DNA from: Ostrea edulis
Taxonomy: Eukaryota
Direction of reading: 5' to 3'
Length of the DNA: 64,000 nucleotides
Assembly: GCF_947568905.1 (NCBI RefSeq)
Contig: NC_079164.1
Location: forward strand, 53,444,001 to 53,508,000
This document shows positions 37,696-50,217 of this stretch, piece after piece. Both the position numbers and the translations under genes were made by a program. Under the pieces are notes generated by a model. That model had not been told where the DNA came from and searched no databases. It saw only the letters and a list, made by a program, of their open reading frames with translations. Position 1 is the stretch's first letter, and every line of letters starts with the position of its first letter.

Positions 37696-38796
37696 AACAA
37701 GAGACTCATGGGCCACATCGCTCACCTGAGTCACCATTGTCCTGCTGTTGTTCACCTGTTAAAAGATTGTTTTTCAATCTTTATTCCAATAAAAAAAACT
37801 GACCCCATATTGTGGCCCCAGCCAAGACATAACGACCTTGAATTCACACAACATGGGAATGACTCAATACAAATATGAATAACATGACCTTGCTGTTCAA
37901 GAGAATGTCAAGGTAACAAAATTAAAGATCATAGTATGAAATGAAATGTCTTCCCATAAAGCATCTACACTGTATATACAAAATATGAAAGCTCTACCTT
38001 AAACAGTTCAGGAGATATTAAATGGGTTATATTTTAAAGTCCAAGGTCACAAGGTTAAAAATTTGATGCCATAAAAACGTCTTGTTACAAGGAATTCTCA
38101 AATGAAATATGAGAGTCTTTATTAATTACCATTTAAAAGTTATGAGCACGGTTAAAGTTTCAGACAAACAGGGCAAAAGCAATATGCCCCCACCCACCTA
38201 CCTCCACCCCCGACTATAGTCGCAATAGAATAAAAAGAAAATTGAATCCATACAACTTGATAACATTTGTATTTTGATATGATTTAGTGTTCTTTTGCGA
38301 CCACACCCTACCCCTTGGGGTCCCTGTTGTGAACAAACATGAATTATTTTAACTATCTGTAAATGTTCGCATTTTTATCAATCTTGGTCCTGCTGTTGTT
38401 GAGATAAAGGTTTTTAGAGATGTTTCATAAATCTTATAAGATGATATATTTCTATATATTTCCATGTAAAACGTCGATCCCCTACTGGGGCCCTACAAAG
38501 TTGAAGCGGCACTACCTGGGGCTGCCTGCATATTAATATGACTGATCATGACTAATCAAGGTCCATTTGTTCTTGAGAACAAATTTTTCAAAAGATAATT
38601 CTAATATATCCCCTATTGTGTCCCCTCCCTATCCCTTGGGTACATGATTTGTACAAACTTGAATCTACTTTATGTCAGGAAGATTTCATGTAAACAATTT
38701 TTCTGGCCCAGTGGTTCTTGCTAAGAATTTTCAATTACTCCATCCTATTTTTGCCTTTTCCTGATTATCTCCCTTTGAAGGGAGCATGGCCCTTCT

Positions 38797-38831
<35 letters not shown>

Positions 38832-39749
38832 ATTTGTGACAAGTTTGATTGAAATTGAACTGGTGGTTCTTAAAAAGATTTTTTAAAATATTGATTGATT
38901 GAATATTTATTTGTTTATTGCTCGAGAATATTTCACTCATATGGAGACGTCACCACTGCCGGTGAAGGGCTGCAAAATTTAGGCCTATGCTCGGCGCTTA
39001 TGGCCATTGAGCAGGGAGGGATCGTGCCACACCTACTGTGACACGGGACCTCGGTTTTTGCGGTCTCATCCGAAGGACCGCCCCATTTAGTCACCTCTTA
39101 CGACAAGCAAGGGGGTACTGAGGACCTATTCTAACCCGGATCCCCACGGGATACCACAAAATTTTCACTCATTCTTAATAAAATCCCATGGGAATCCCGG
39201 GTTAAATCATGTCCTCCGTACCTCTAGATCTTTTTTCTTGTCATAAGAGGCGACTAATGGGGAAGTCCTTCAGATGAGACCGTAAAAACCGAGGTCCCGG
39301 CACGATAGAGATCCCTCCCTGCTCAAAAGGCTTTGCAGTCCTTCAACGGCAATGGTGACGTCTCCATGAGTGGAAAATACTCGAGCGGGACGTTAAACAA
39401 TATACAACCAATTACCCAACCTACCACTTCAAAAAGGGTTTGGCACATCATTTGAACAAACTTGAATCCCATTTACCCAACGATGATTTTTTTTATTGAA
39501 ATTGGTTCTTTAAAAGATGCAACAATTTTTTTTTTACTAATTCTTAATTATTTCCATTTCGAAAAGGGTGTGGTACTTCATTTGAACAATTTGAATCCTC
39601 GTTGTCCAAGCATGCTTTGTGGCAAGTTTGGTTGAAATTAGCCCTGTGGTTTTGGAGAAGAAGTCGAAAATGTGAAATGTTTACTGACGACTGCACGGAA
39701 TGATTAGAAAAAAAACCTCACTTGAGCTTCAAGCTCAGGTGAACTAAAA
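37696..39749 (-). mobile_element. HINE-like element with internal inverted pair of SINE copies (~38900-39410)
   Basis: Termini AACAAGAGACTCATGGGCCACATCGCTCACCTGAG and AAGCTCAGGTGAACTAAAA. The latter abuts the exon 3 splice donor. Confidence 0.7.
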
Positions 39750-39754
39750 CATAC

Positions 39755-39905
39755 CTGTAAGCTTCCATTTCGTTTTTACCACCATCAGCAATCGAATCCG
39801 ATAAACGAATTTTGATTCCAACGACGACATCTCGATTCTCCATTACACATTTAGTACATTCTTCAACCGATACAGCATTGAGTGAATCTAGTTCTCCCCC
39901 AGGCG
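39755..39905 (-). CDS. COG3964-type amidohydrolase, coding exon 3
   Basis: Acceptor TTACAG|CG and donor AG|GTATGT; 151 nt, phase 1/2. APGGELDSL...ENRDVVVGIKIRLSDS (carbamylated Lys position). Confidence 0.92.
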
Positions 39906-40282
39906 CTGTAAGTTAAAACCATATTACACTGAATTATATTTTCAAAATGATATTCTATATTACAACGTGGTGAAAATGCAAATCATTGGATGTGAACTCC
40001 CCTTCCACTTGTAAACAGCTCTCGAACCTTCCGCTCAGGTAAGCTAAAAAGAGCTCTTACGTATTTTGAAACCATAGCGAGAATCACTGGTACCGATAAC
40101 GTCATTATTATATGCAAGTTGCGTCTGTTACATGTGTTTACAATGTTGTCATTCAGTATTTACCACAAGCACTTGAAGTATGGATACTAACTACTACCCA
40201 AACCCCTTCTGATTTAATTTCTCCGAAATGTGTAGATTCCCTGTCTATCTCATCCCAAGTTCGATTGATGTAATCGTTTCAG

Positions 40283-40601
40283 ACCGCCGCGATGGACTAG
40301 AAGTAGAGCGTTTCGCCCCGCATGCGGAATGTCGGGCTTCGAATCCCGGCCGCGACAGACGGAAGTCGTTAAAACAGGTAGTGGCAGTTCCATCGCCAAA
40401 CACTTGGCATCAGGTGTGAATGTCACGGGTCCTCGGAAATTACTTTAAAAATAGATGTCCCGTGTCACAGTATGTGTGGCATGCTAAAGAACTTTCACTG
40501 CTGAATGGCCGTAAGCGTCGAACATAGGTCTAAATTTGAAGCCCTTCACTGGTATTGGTGATGTCTCCATATGAGTGAAGAATTCTCTAGAGAGACGTTA
40601 A
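40283..40601 (+). mobile_element. tRNA-derived SINE (representative copy; related copies at ~3650, ~5490, ~14195, ~35925, ~38900, ~39200, ~48823, ~55135, ~56466)
   Basis: tRNA-like head (TAGAAGTAGAGCG A-box-like, GGCTTCGAATCCCGG B-box), conserved body GTGTCACAGTA.GTGTGGCA...CCCTTCAC.GG...GGTGA.GTCTCCATATGAGTGAA, and a (CAAT)n tail displaced to 42009. Confidence 0.75.
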
Positions 40602-41369
40602 AGGGACATAGACACGTTTTGAACTGAAAATTTTCTAATTTATTTCTCTAGTTTTGAATGTTTAGAATGCTTAATTAAGGTATTCTAATGGTCAGCAAAA
40701 ATTTGAATATCGGTAGTCAAGGTACATGCTCACAATTCTTTGTTATGTAAAGAAGCCTCGTGCCAAGTTTTTTTTTTTTTTTACATAGGTTAAATATATT
40801 AGTAAAAGTTTCATCTAAAGCAGATGTTTTCAATTTACAAGTTAATTCTGAATACAATTCAATAGTTTCTAGTGTTTGGCACATCTCATTTTGTTTTAAA
40901 CATGCTATATTTCTATTAAGTAATCTATGTGTACACAAATACATGCACGAGCCTTGTTTACACAGCGAAGAATTGCGAGTGCTGTATCTCGCTTGTAACT
41001 CAACAACCGATATTCAAATATTGGTTGATTATTACAAATACTTTAAGCATTGTAAACAATAACAAGAGGCCCATGGGTCACATCGCTCACCTTAGATACC
41101 TTGGCCCATATTTCAAGATTTCCCTATATATATTCGCATGTAATTTTTTATCCCTATTGTGGCCCCAACCTACCCCCTGGGGCCATGATTTTTACAAACT
41201 TGAATCTGCACTATGTCAGGAAGCTTTCATGTAAATTTCAACTCTTCGGGCCCAGTGGTTCTTGAGAACAAGATTTTTAAATGACCCTATCCTATTTTTG
41301 CATTTTTGTGATTATCTCTCCTTTGAAGGGAGCATGGCCCTTCATTCGTACAAACTTAAATCCCCTTTA

Positions 41370-41434
<65 letters not shown>

Positions 41435-41649
41435 TTTTTAAATGTCGTCAATGTATTTTCACTATTACGCTATTATCTCCCCTTGGAAGAAGGAGTGGCC
41501 ATTCATTTGAACAAACGTGATTTCCCCTCACCTAAGAAAGCTTTGTACCAAGTTTGGTTGAAATTGGCACAGTGGTTCTGGAGAAGATTTTTAAAAGTTT
41601 TTAATATATTTTCATTATTTTTCTATTATCTCCCCTTGGAGAAAAACAT

Positions 41650-41683
<34 letters not shown>

Positions 41684-41835
41684 ACCAAGGATGCTTTCTA
41701 CCAAGTTTGATAGAAATTGGCCCAGTGGTTCTGGAGAAGATTTTTAAAAGTCGTCAATACATTTTCACTATTTCGCTATTATCTCCCCTTGGAAAGGAGC
41801 GTTGCCATTCATTTGAACTAACTTGAATCCCCTTT

Positions 41836-41917
<82 letters not shown>

Positions 41918-42004
41918 ACAACGACGACGGACAACGGCTCAGATGAACTAAAAATGGAAAAATGAAATTTGAAAAGTTTCAGCTCTAATCATGTCCATGC
42001 CCCT
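40602..42004. mobile_element. TTAA-targeting (Kolobok-like) non-autonomous DNA transposon with nested HINE (41061-41953)
   Basis: TTAA|AGGGACATAGACACG ... CATGTCCATGCCCCT|TTAA. The flanks rejoin to an intact SINE tail. Confidence 0.65.
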
Positions 42005-42724
42005 TTAAACAAAATACAATCAATCAATGTAATCGTTTCACACTTTTTGTAAGTTTTAGAGATTGACCTTTTACCGGTATAATAAAATTCACAAGGTAAG
42101 AAACAAAAGTGTGTAAACAAAAAGGAGGTCCGGCTTCGGGGCACACTTTTCAAGTAATTGTAGCGTTACCTACTTGGGGTTTTGGCAAGCGGCAAGTCAG
42201 GGAGATATCATACTACAAGTCTCGTCAACTCAAAACCCACCACATCTCCTTTATTTGTCACAATCTTGCGTGCATTGATTGGACAGGGCTTCTCAAAAAG
42301 GTCACAGCATATGAATTTGTTACGCGTCGTGTGATTGGTCCACTTGTTTAGTCTCGGGATTATGTAGGAGTGGCATATTTTTCGAGCAAAAGCGCGGGAA
42401 CGTTTCTCCCCAGAAACCTCTTCGAAATAAGATATTTAAAAAATACACTTGTACAGTGGTTACTACTTATCAGATGAATACCTTCACTTGGAATATAATG
42501 TAGCCTAATTGATTTTCATTATTTTTTTTATGTAGAATAACTCATAAAATAATGCTGATAAACTTTTTTTCTAAGTTAGAATACATCTATTTTCAGAAGA
42601 AATCATTATATTCCCCCGTGAACTATATTTTCAGAGCGCATGGATAAAAGTAAACAAATCATAAATCGGTAATGTTTACCCCATTTTGAACATTTACAGC
42701 GATTAATTTCATAACAGATCTCAG

Positions 42725-43330
42725 TATGAAAGGTGAAGATAACGAACAGTGATCAATCTCATAACTCATATAAGAAATACAAATTAGAGAGTTGGGCAAA
42801 CACGGACGCCTGGGCACACCAGAGGAGGAGTAAGCATCCCCTGTCGACCGGTCACACCCGCCGTGAACCCTATATCTTAATCAAGTAAACGGAGTTACCC
42901 GTAGTCAAAATCACTATACCAAGAACGGTCTAACAATCGGTATGAAACATGTCAGGCAGCATTTGACCCAATGGTAGGTTGTATTGGTAAACTAAATCGT
43001 TATAACGACCATAGAATTTGCGAAATGCTGACTTTAAACGACTGTTGAAACCCTTGTACCATCAACTTGTTTGTCAGTAGCTTGCCTCGATTTAAAAACT
43101 GACCATACACAAAACAGGCTCTTGTGTATCGAATCAGTTGATAATATAATATTGCTATATAAATATGGGAAATTGACGATGGAGAAGTTGAAATCATCCG
43201 GTTTGTCATAAAGTTGAGTTGTTAGTTTACCGTTAATATCTCTATTCAATAAAGTATCCAAGTATGAAGCAGAAGTGGACGACTCTGTGGTGTCTTTTAT
43301 TATATATCTAATGACGTTGTCTTTCATTAT
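42725..43330 (-). pseudogene. Penelope-like element 3' fragment (RT C-terminus plus 3' region)
   Basis: IKDTTESSTSASYLD...LYDKPDDFNFSIVNFP; QLIRYTRAC...LLTNKLMVQGFQQS...FYGRYNDL...FHTDC*. Confidence 0.8.
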
Positions 43331-43699
43331 CCAGTGGGATACGAGTTGTAAGATTAGTAATATTCAAGAAAATGGATAAAATGAAAGTGGTAGTAAGTCG
43401 GCGGACAGCCATTTGAATTGGACGCTGGATAAACGAAATAAAGATTACTATATTTACGAGTGTGGGGATTTTTGCAATTCATATAATCATGTATACAAAA
43501 CCTTTTGAGTGGAGATTATTGTGGTGAAAAGGGTACGTATTTCATGCATAACAAATGGCGCATTTCGCATTGACGTTAATAATTTCAACGCGTTAGAGAT
43601 TACTCTAATGCGAATATTTCTATGTTCGCAAAACGTTGTCTATTCATTTATTGTTGACTCTAAATTTTCTTCTTCAGACTTTGAAATTTGTACACATAC

Positions 43700-43816
43700 C
43701 TCCAGAGGCACACCCTGCTGCTGCCAGTCCATGCTGTGCTATGTGTAAAAAGGACAGAACACGTGTTTTACATTTCTCTATAACATATTTTCGTAGTCCC
43801 TGGAATGTCGAAGATC
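43700..43816 (-). CDS. COG3964-type amidohydrolase, coding exon 2
   Basis: Acceptor TTTTCAG|GA and donor G|GTATGT; 117 nt, phase 1/1. GSSTFQGLRKYVIEKCKTRVLSFLHIAQHGL. Confidence 0.92.
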
Positions 43817-44579
43817 CTGAAAATGAAATACTGATATTTTAGTAAATTTTGGTTTAGATGAAGCAAAACAAGAGGTGTGTGTTTTACAGTTTTGTTAGAA
43901 GCTTTTAATGCCATGTAAGTTGTTGGTTATTTTTTTTTTTTTTATCTTCCATGCATTTTTATTATTTGAACCATAAAGCCCAACATGGTACCAAAATCTA
44001 TGACTCGGTAGCCATGGATTTCACAATTTGGAAGACTCTACTAGAAGCCTCTGAGTTATCAGATGTTTTAAACACTTGATGACATTCTTATAGGAGGGGG
44101 TTTGAATGCTAGCTGTAGATAAAAAACAATAGCAATTTATTTATATGGTGTAATGAAATAACTTGCCCTAGTATTGACCTCTCCTTCGGTTTACTCAGAC
44201 GAAGACCACGTTAGAAAATAAAGCCCTTTGTAAGCATGTTAAACAATGTCATAAATATGAAAAGGGAACCTTTAGCTCTACCTTTGATCACCTTCCTGTA
44301 CGTATGGTTCTATGTACGGGGAAAACCTGTCTTACATAAATCTTATAACTCTCTGCCAACTTGGCATAGACCAGAGGTTTATAAAATTCACGATGTCGGA
44401 CGACAAAAAACACAGAATATAGCTTTGTGTGAATGTCTTCCACACGGTATTTCTCACAAACGTTATAAAAAGAACAAGTGGACCATAGGCACGTGTTTCT
44501 AACAAAAACTTGATATTCTAGGATGAAATAAAAAATATGTTTTAAAACTGATTTTTTCAGAATTGAAACATACAAATAT

Positions 44580-45090
44580 TTCACTTTAAACTTTAAACGA
44601 GACTGTTGTAACCCCTGTACCATCAACTTGTTTGTCAGTAGCTTGCCTCGATTTAAGAACTGACCATACGCAGAACAAGCTCTTGCGTATCGAATCAGTT
44701 GAGAGACATAAACACCATATGCAGGTGAAATTTCGATCCTTTTCGGGAGAGGTTGTCTAAGTTGCTAAAACTTGTAACCAATCCCTTTGTATATCTATAC
44801 AATAAAATGTGTTCAAATCAATCGACATATGAATGAAAATTATTATTGCTAATAGATAAAATGTGGTTGATATATCTATATATCTATCATTGGGTCAAAT
44901 GCTGTCTGACATGTGGCACATATATATAGGGTTCACGGTGGGTGTGGTCGGTCGACAGCGGATGCTTACTCCTCTTAGGCACCTGATTCCACCTCTGGTA
45001 TTACCAGGGGTTCGTGTTTGCCCAAATATTTTGTATTGCTTATGAGAGATATGAGATTGATCGCTGTTCGTTATCTTCACCTTTTATTCT
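44580..45090 (-). pseudogene. Rearranged Penelope-like element fragments
   Basis: PAYGVYVSQLIRYARACS...LMVQGLQQSRLK on the minus strand, joined to an inverted 3'-end block at ~44890-45090. Confidence 0.7.
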
Positions 45091-45979
45091 ATAGGATATT
45101 GCTGTGACGTTTGATTGATTTCCAGAAGATCCTTTTGTCACGTTCCTAAGGCTTCGTTAATATCTTTAGTCGTCAGGTAGCGGCCATACTAGTATTCAGT
45201 ATTAAGCTTGTTTCTAAAGTTTTTTTGCGTTGACCCTGAGGTCGACACAGAAAATATATGAGGAAGGTTAAACCAGGTGTTATGGGGAAAGTCAGCTTGC
45301 GCATTCACTCACCGGAGCTTGATAAAGCGACCATTGTTGATTTTAACCCGACAATGTAGCACGTGACTGTACACATGAAGGGGGGGGGGGGGGTCAGGTT
45401 GCGCATGCACAAGTATATGTTTATCGAGATCGGCAAGGTTTTATAAATAATTGATAAGAGAATTTTTAATAAAAATGTTCTGTATGGTTTGCGATAAACT
45501 GATTTAGTGGGTTTTTTTTAATGTTATGGAGTCGAATTTATTCATTGATTCATAGTAACACATGCCATTATATTCACCTCGGTACTGCTCAACAAAAGAA
45601 ATAATATACTAGTAGTGTTGTTCATATCAGGAAGACAAACGACATTCAACCTTGTAAGTATCAATATTTTGTTGCCATATTTATATCATTAAGATATTTT
45701 TTGTAGCCAGATTGATATTATCTGATTATGGTATAAAACTCGAACAATACCTAGAACAGATTGGTTCATCTGTTAACTAAAACTCAAACATTACTTAGAC
45801 CAGATTGGTTCATCTGTAACTTTAAACTTTAAGATTCATATCAAATACAAGTATGGCTCTTTTAAAATTGGTCAAAGGTACAAATATTTCATATAAATTA
45901 TATATCATTACAACTCTAGCAATAAGACTTAAAGGTCGAGGTTTTCAACCGGTCGGTTTTTTCTCGGGTAAGTTAAGCA

Positions 45980-47160
45980 ATACAAAATAGAGAGTTGGGC
46001 AAACACGGACGCCCGGATATACCAGAGGTGGGATCAGGTGCCTAGGAGGAGTAAGCATCCCCTGTCGACCGGTCACACCCGCCATGAGCCCAATATCTTG
46101 ATCTGGTAAACGGAGTTATTCGTATTAAAAATCAGTGTCCCAAGAACGGTCACTGTTCGTTATCTTCACCTTTCATGTTGTGGCACAATACGTTTGGAGT
46201 TTCTCTCTCATAGCAGTTAACATTTTGGGACGATTAGGAGCTTGATAGAACATTTACTTGATTCTGCAGTGTGTCTATGTTTGTAAAGGTTTGGCGAAGG
46301 TTTGGAATCCAGTATAGGTAAAGTAACTTATATCCATTTGTCCCATTAACTGGGATATCAAATGTGCTTAAAACAGAGAGGTGATTTTGAAGAATGTCGT
46401 CTTTTGACAAGGGAATTTGGAGTATAAGTTGGATTACCAAATGAAAGGTGAAGATGACGAACAGTGATCAATCTCATAACTCCTATAAACAATACAAAAT
46501 AGAGAGTTGGGCAAACACGGACCCCTGGACACACCAGAGGTAGGATTAGGTGCCTAAGAGGAGTAAGCAATTTTTAAAAGGTTTATTAAACACAGAAGGG
46601 TCGATGGTTCTTCTTTTAACCTGTCTAATACAGGACTTTACCTTATACTTTTTATCCATTCTCACATTGTCGAGTTCTTCATTTTCATATTCAGTGCATC
46701 ATCTGGCATAATTTTCGAGAAAGTTTTGTCACAAATTGAAAAGTACGGGTTCTCTGAATGTTGGGTCTTTTGAAATAAGTTACTTCTGGTCATCATTTTT
46801 AATCATATCGACATAACCAGTGATGACACGTAATTGTTTGAAAGAAGAACATGTAGGACTTGGTATAAGATGGTCGATATCTAGGCATTGAAAAGTTTGT
46901 AGTTGAAGCGTTTGGATGCAATAGTAGAAGTATGTTTGTTAGAATTATAGAGTGTTGAATGAGGGAATAAAATACTGAACTTTGTTATAACCAAGAATGT
47001 CGTTCATGTTGACGGCATATATTTCTTTGTTATTAAATTTCAGTTTAAGGAATTAACGAGTGATAGGAAGGATTATCATCCGTAACCCAAGGTAGTTTAA
47101 AGAGGATAGACAGAGAGTATAATCAGCGTCATAATTTTTTCCAAATTTATGAAGTGCTAA
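45980..47160 (-). pseudogene. Penelope-like element fragments including the N-terminal RT region
   Basis: Minus strand reads PSPTCSSF...VITG...LISKDPTFREP and DDILQNHLSVL...LYLYWIP, interleaved with two 3'-end blocks (45980-46160, 46440-46570). Confidence 0.65.
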
Positions 47161-47569
47161 GTACATGTATACTTGAAGTTACTCTAAAGTGCTGGACATA
47201 CAATTAATATATATATATGAAAATTCACAGAGTGCTCTGAACACATGACTCTACTTGGTATGTACACTCTGACCAGTTCTTGTAAATTGTGGCGATCCTG
47301 ATGTATAAAAGCAGCTTGTACTAGATATTCGTTATCAAAAAAGGAATTGAAGGTGCGATGACTAGCAAAGGTGTAATGTGGTCACACGTCTTTGTATAAG
47401 TAATTCTTCTGTCGGTAAAGGAAATGACCGCTCCTGCGGCATTGTCTCATTATGTACTAAAAGGAATTGCGAAAGGGTGTGTCACGCAAGTATACATTTA
47501 TAATTTGAAATACTGATAAAAAATATGCACTCCCTCCTACGGTGCTGCATATTCCTAAATTCCCTATTT

Positions 47570-49570
47570 CCAGGATTTGGCCATGATGATATTTTTGGCA
47601 ACTGGTTACATTTTCTGGTGGTGGACGGAAAGAACGATTCTATGTAGGTTGTGGTGCGACAGAATGGGATTATGTAACAGTATCAATGTCCTCTCTCTGG
47701 CTGCTCATATTTGGTTAAATTGGAGAGGCAGTTCGATGACAACTGGGGAGTTGACATCCAGGTACATCATAGGCTCTGATTCGTCGTTGGCACAAAGCTC
47801 TCCCACTTCAGCCTGTTATTCATCGCTGTGACACTACTGGTCAAGCTGCAATTACTTGTCTTGAACCTAGCTGCTCTCCCACCCTAACCTGTTATTCATC
47901 ACTGTGACACTACTGGTCAAGCTGCAGTTACTTGTCATGAACCTAGCTGCTCTCCTCGGCACTACGTTTATTTTGTCGACGTTCTTGACGCAAGGTTCCC
48001 AGCTGTTAGATGCATATTCTATCTGGGTACTGACCATCGTGTTGTAGCATTTGTCCTTGATGGAAGTTGGACAGGACAAAAGGTTCCTCCGTAAGAAGAC
48101 GGTGGTGTTGTTTGCATTCTTACACCCGCTGTCTATATGATGATTCCAATGACAAGTCCTAAGTATTTGACCTTTGTGGTAACAGCCATTTCCTTCTTAT
48201 GAATGTTGTAGGGGGTAATGCGTTGTTTCCTTTTTGGCTACTGGTAATAGGAATAACCTCTGCCTAGGTTAAAGTGCATCAGCCAGTCTGTTTCCAAAAG
48301 GTGAAGGTTGTCAAGATCGCTTTGAAGTTGTCTGGTATCCACCTCTGTAGTGATGATCCTGTACAGAAGGTATAGTTGTCTTCAAATGATATGGCCCTGG
48401 AGTTGACCCTGGTGGGCAGGTCATTAATGTATGCCTGGAAGAGCAGTGGACCGAGAAACATTTGTTGGGACACTCCAGATGTGAATAGTGTGGTTGATGG
48501 GACATAGCCCTCTATCAGTACTCGTTGCGTTTGGCCAGACAACAAACTTCGGATCCAGTTGAGCAGGCAGACTTTCACATCATAATGATGCTACCAACCT
48601 CTCAGGTGGGACTTTGTCAACAGGTTTTGAAAAATGCATTACCACTATGTCAATCTGAGTGTTTTTGTCAATTTTCATAGCGATGTCCTGAATTGTTATC
48701 ATACGTGATTCAGGGAATCGCTTCTTCCTGAACCCATGTTGGTAGTCAGGTTTGGATGTTGTGCTGCTCAAAGAAGTTCATAAGGTGGTTACAGATGATG
48801 TACTTTATCACCTTATAACAAAACCGGTCGCGGTAGCTCAGTAGTAGAGTATTCGCTTTGTAACCAGGAAGGCATGAGTTCGAACCCTCTCTCTATGGCC
48901 GGGTCAAATCTAAGACGTAAATATAGGTTGTGATTGCTCCTTTTCCAAACATTTGGCATTTAGAAGTGAGAATCACGAGTCTTTCGGATATGACCTTAAA
49001 AACAGAGGTCCCGTGTTACAGAAGGCGTTGGCACGTTAAAGACCCCTCACTGATACAGCTCTGATTGCTAAGCATAGGTCGTTTGTGGTACTATTTCTGT
49101 AACCCTTTTCAGTGACTCTGATGTCGTTGAGATGGTGCTGGTGCCTAAATATGAGGAATACTTTGTGGTGAATACTGACGAAAACATTGGTTCAATGGAG
49201 AGGTTTTGGCTTGGGTTTCCATCAGAGTGAAGAGGAGCGATCAAAGTACGGTCACACTTCTTTGTCTTGAAGAAGGTTTCTTGCTGTTGGAGTCTTCCTG
49301 CACCATGTCTGATACATGAGAGTTGTAGGCTCTCTTCCACTCCAGGTGGATAAATTGCTGTAGGTGTCTAAATCGCTGTCCTTGTCCCTGCCTGATGTCT
49401 TTTACTTACTGAAGGCTCTTGGTTCTTCACTTTTCGTGATCCTTCTGTTACAACATGGCTGTTAAACCTGTTCGGAATCCACTTGGTTGGTACATGCTTC
49501 CTGATGATGTCGAGGCAGATCATCTTGTCCATAGGCTTTTTATGGTGCGTCATGTGCCAAACTGTCAAGG
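47570..49570 (-). pseudogene. Degenerate non-LTR retrotransposon (CR1/L2-group) ORF2 with a SINE inserted at ~48823-49080
   Basis: YQHGFRKKR...DIVVMHFSKPVDKVP; WIRSLLSGQTQRV...TSGVSQQMFLGPLLFQAYINDLP; CYNTMVSTQIEYAS..W...PRRAARF. Confidence 0.85.
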
Positions 49571-49758
49571 AGTTGTGTCAGATCATTGTCATTTGTCGTC
49601 TTTAAAGTACATGTATCAGCTTTTTTTCCATAAGTGAATGATTTGGTTGACTGGTTTCTGTTTGGATGCATGGTATGCACCTATGAAACAGGGAAGGGCG
49701 GTTAGTGATGAAAATATCCAGGGTGTTCGCACATCGAGTAGGAAAATTTACTAATATT

Positions 49759-50217
49759 CGTTTTTGGCACGCTGTTTTTGGCTATACATGTATTTAGCTT
49801 CAGAGACATTATTTGTCGAAATGCGCATCTGGTGCATCAAAATTGGTACCGTATAAGTTTTACATTATGACCCCTGGGTCGAGGCCTCTGCTGGTGGACT
49901 GTTAGTCCCCGAGGGTCTCTACAGCCCAGTAGCTAAGTACTTCGTTACTAGCTTGAAAATACGGATGTATATTTAATTGCTGTTACAAAATTTAGAAATT
50001 CATTTCAAAATTAAGGATTATCTCCCTCATGCATAGCTCTTATCCTTGGACGAATTTGGCTCCACGTTTTTGGCACGCTGTTTTTGGCTATATTTAGCTC
50101 TAAAACTTCATAGTTATTTCGGATTTCAAACATTTCGGTTGAGCATCACTGAAGAGACATTATTTGTCGAAATGCGCATCTGGTGCATCAAAATTGGTAC
50201 CGTATAAGTTTTACATT
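49759..50217 (+). mobile_element. Retrozyme-like head-to-tail repeat (351-nt monomer, ~1.3 copies) carrying hammerhead ribozymes
   Basis: Direct repeat 49759-49866 matches 50065-50217; the first copy has a ~45-nt deletion. Homologous cleavage positions 49829 and 50180 are 351 nt apart. Confidence 0.75.
50143..50186 (+). ncRNA. Type I minimal hammerhead ribozyme
   Basis: GCATCA (stem I) CTGAAGA (core) GACA-TTATT-TGTC (stem II) GAA ATGCGCAT (palindromic stem III) C| TGGTGC (stem I'). The cleavage triplet is AUC after 50180. Confidence 0.85.

Noticed and set aside
48823-48900. tRNA gene (also ~40283 and ~59690)
   Set aside because: A/B boxes are present but cloverleaf pairing is poor and the sequence continues into the shared SINE body.
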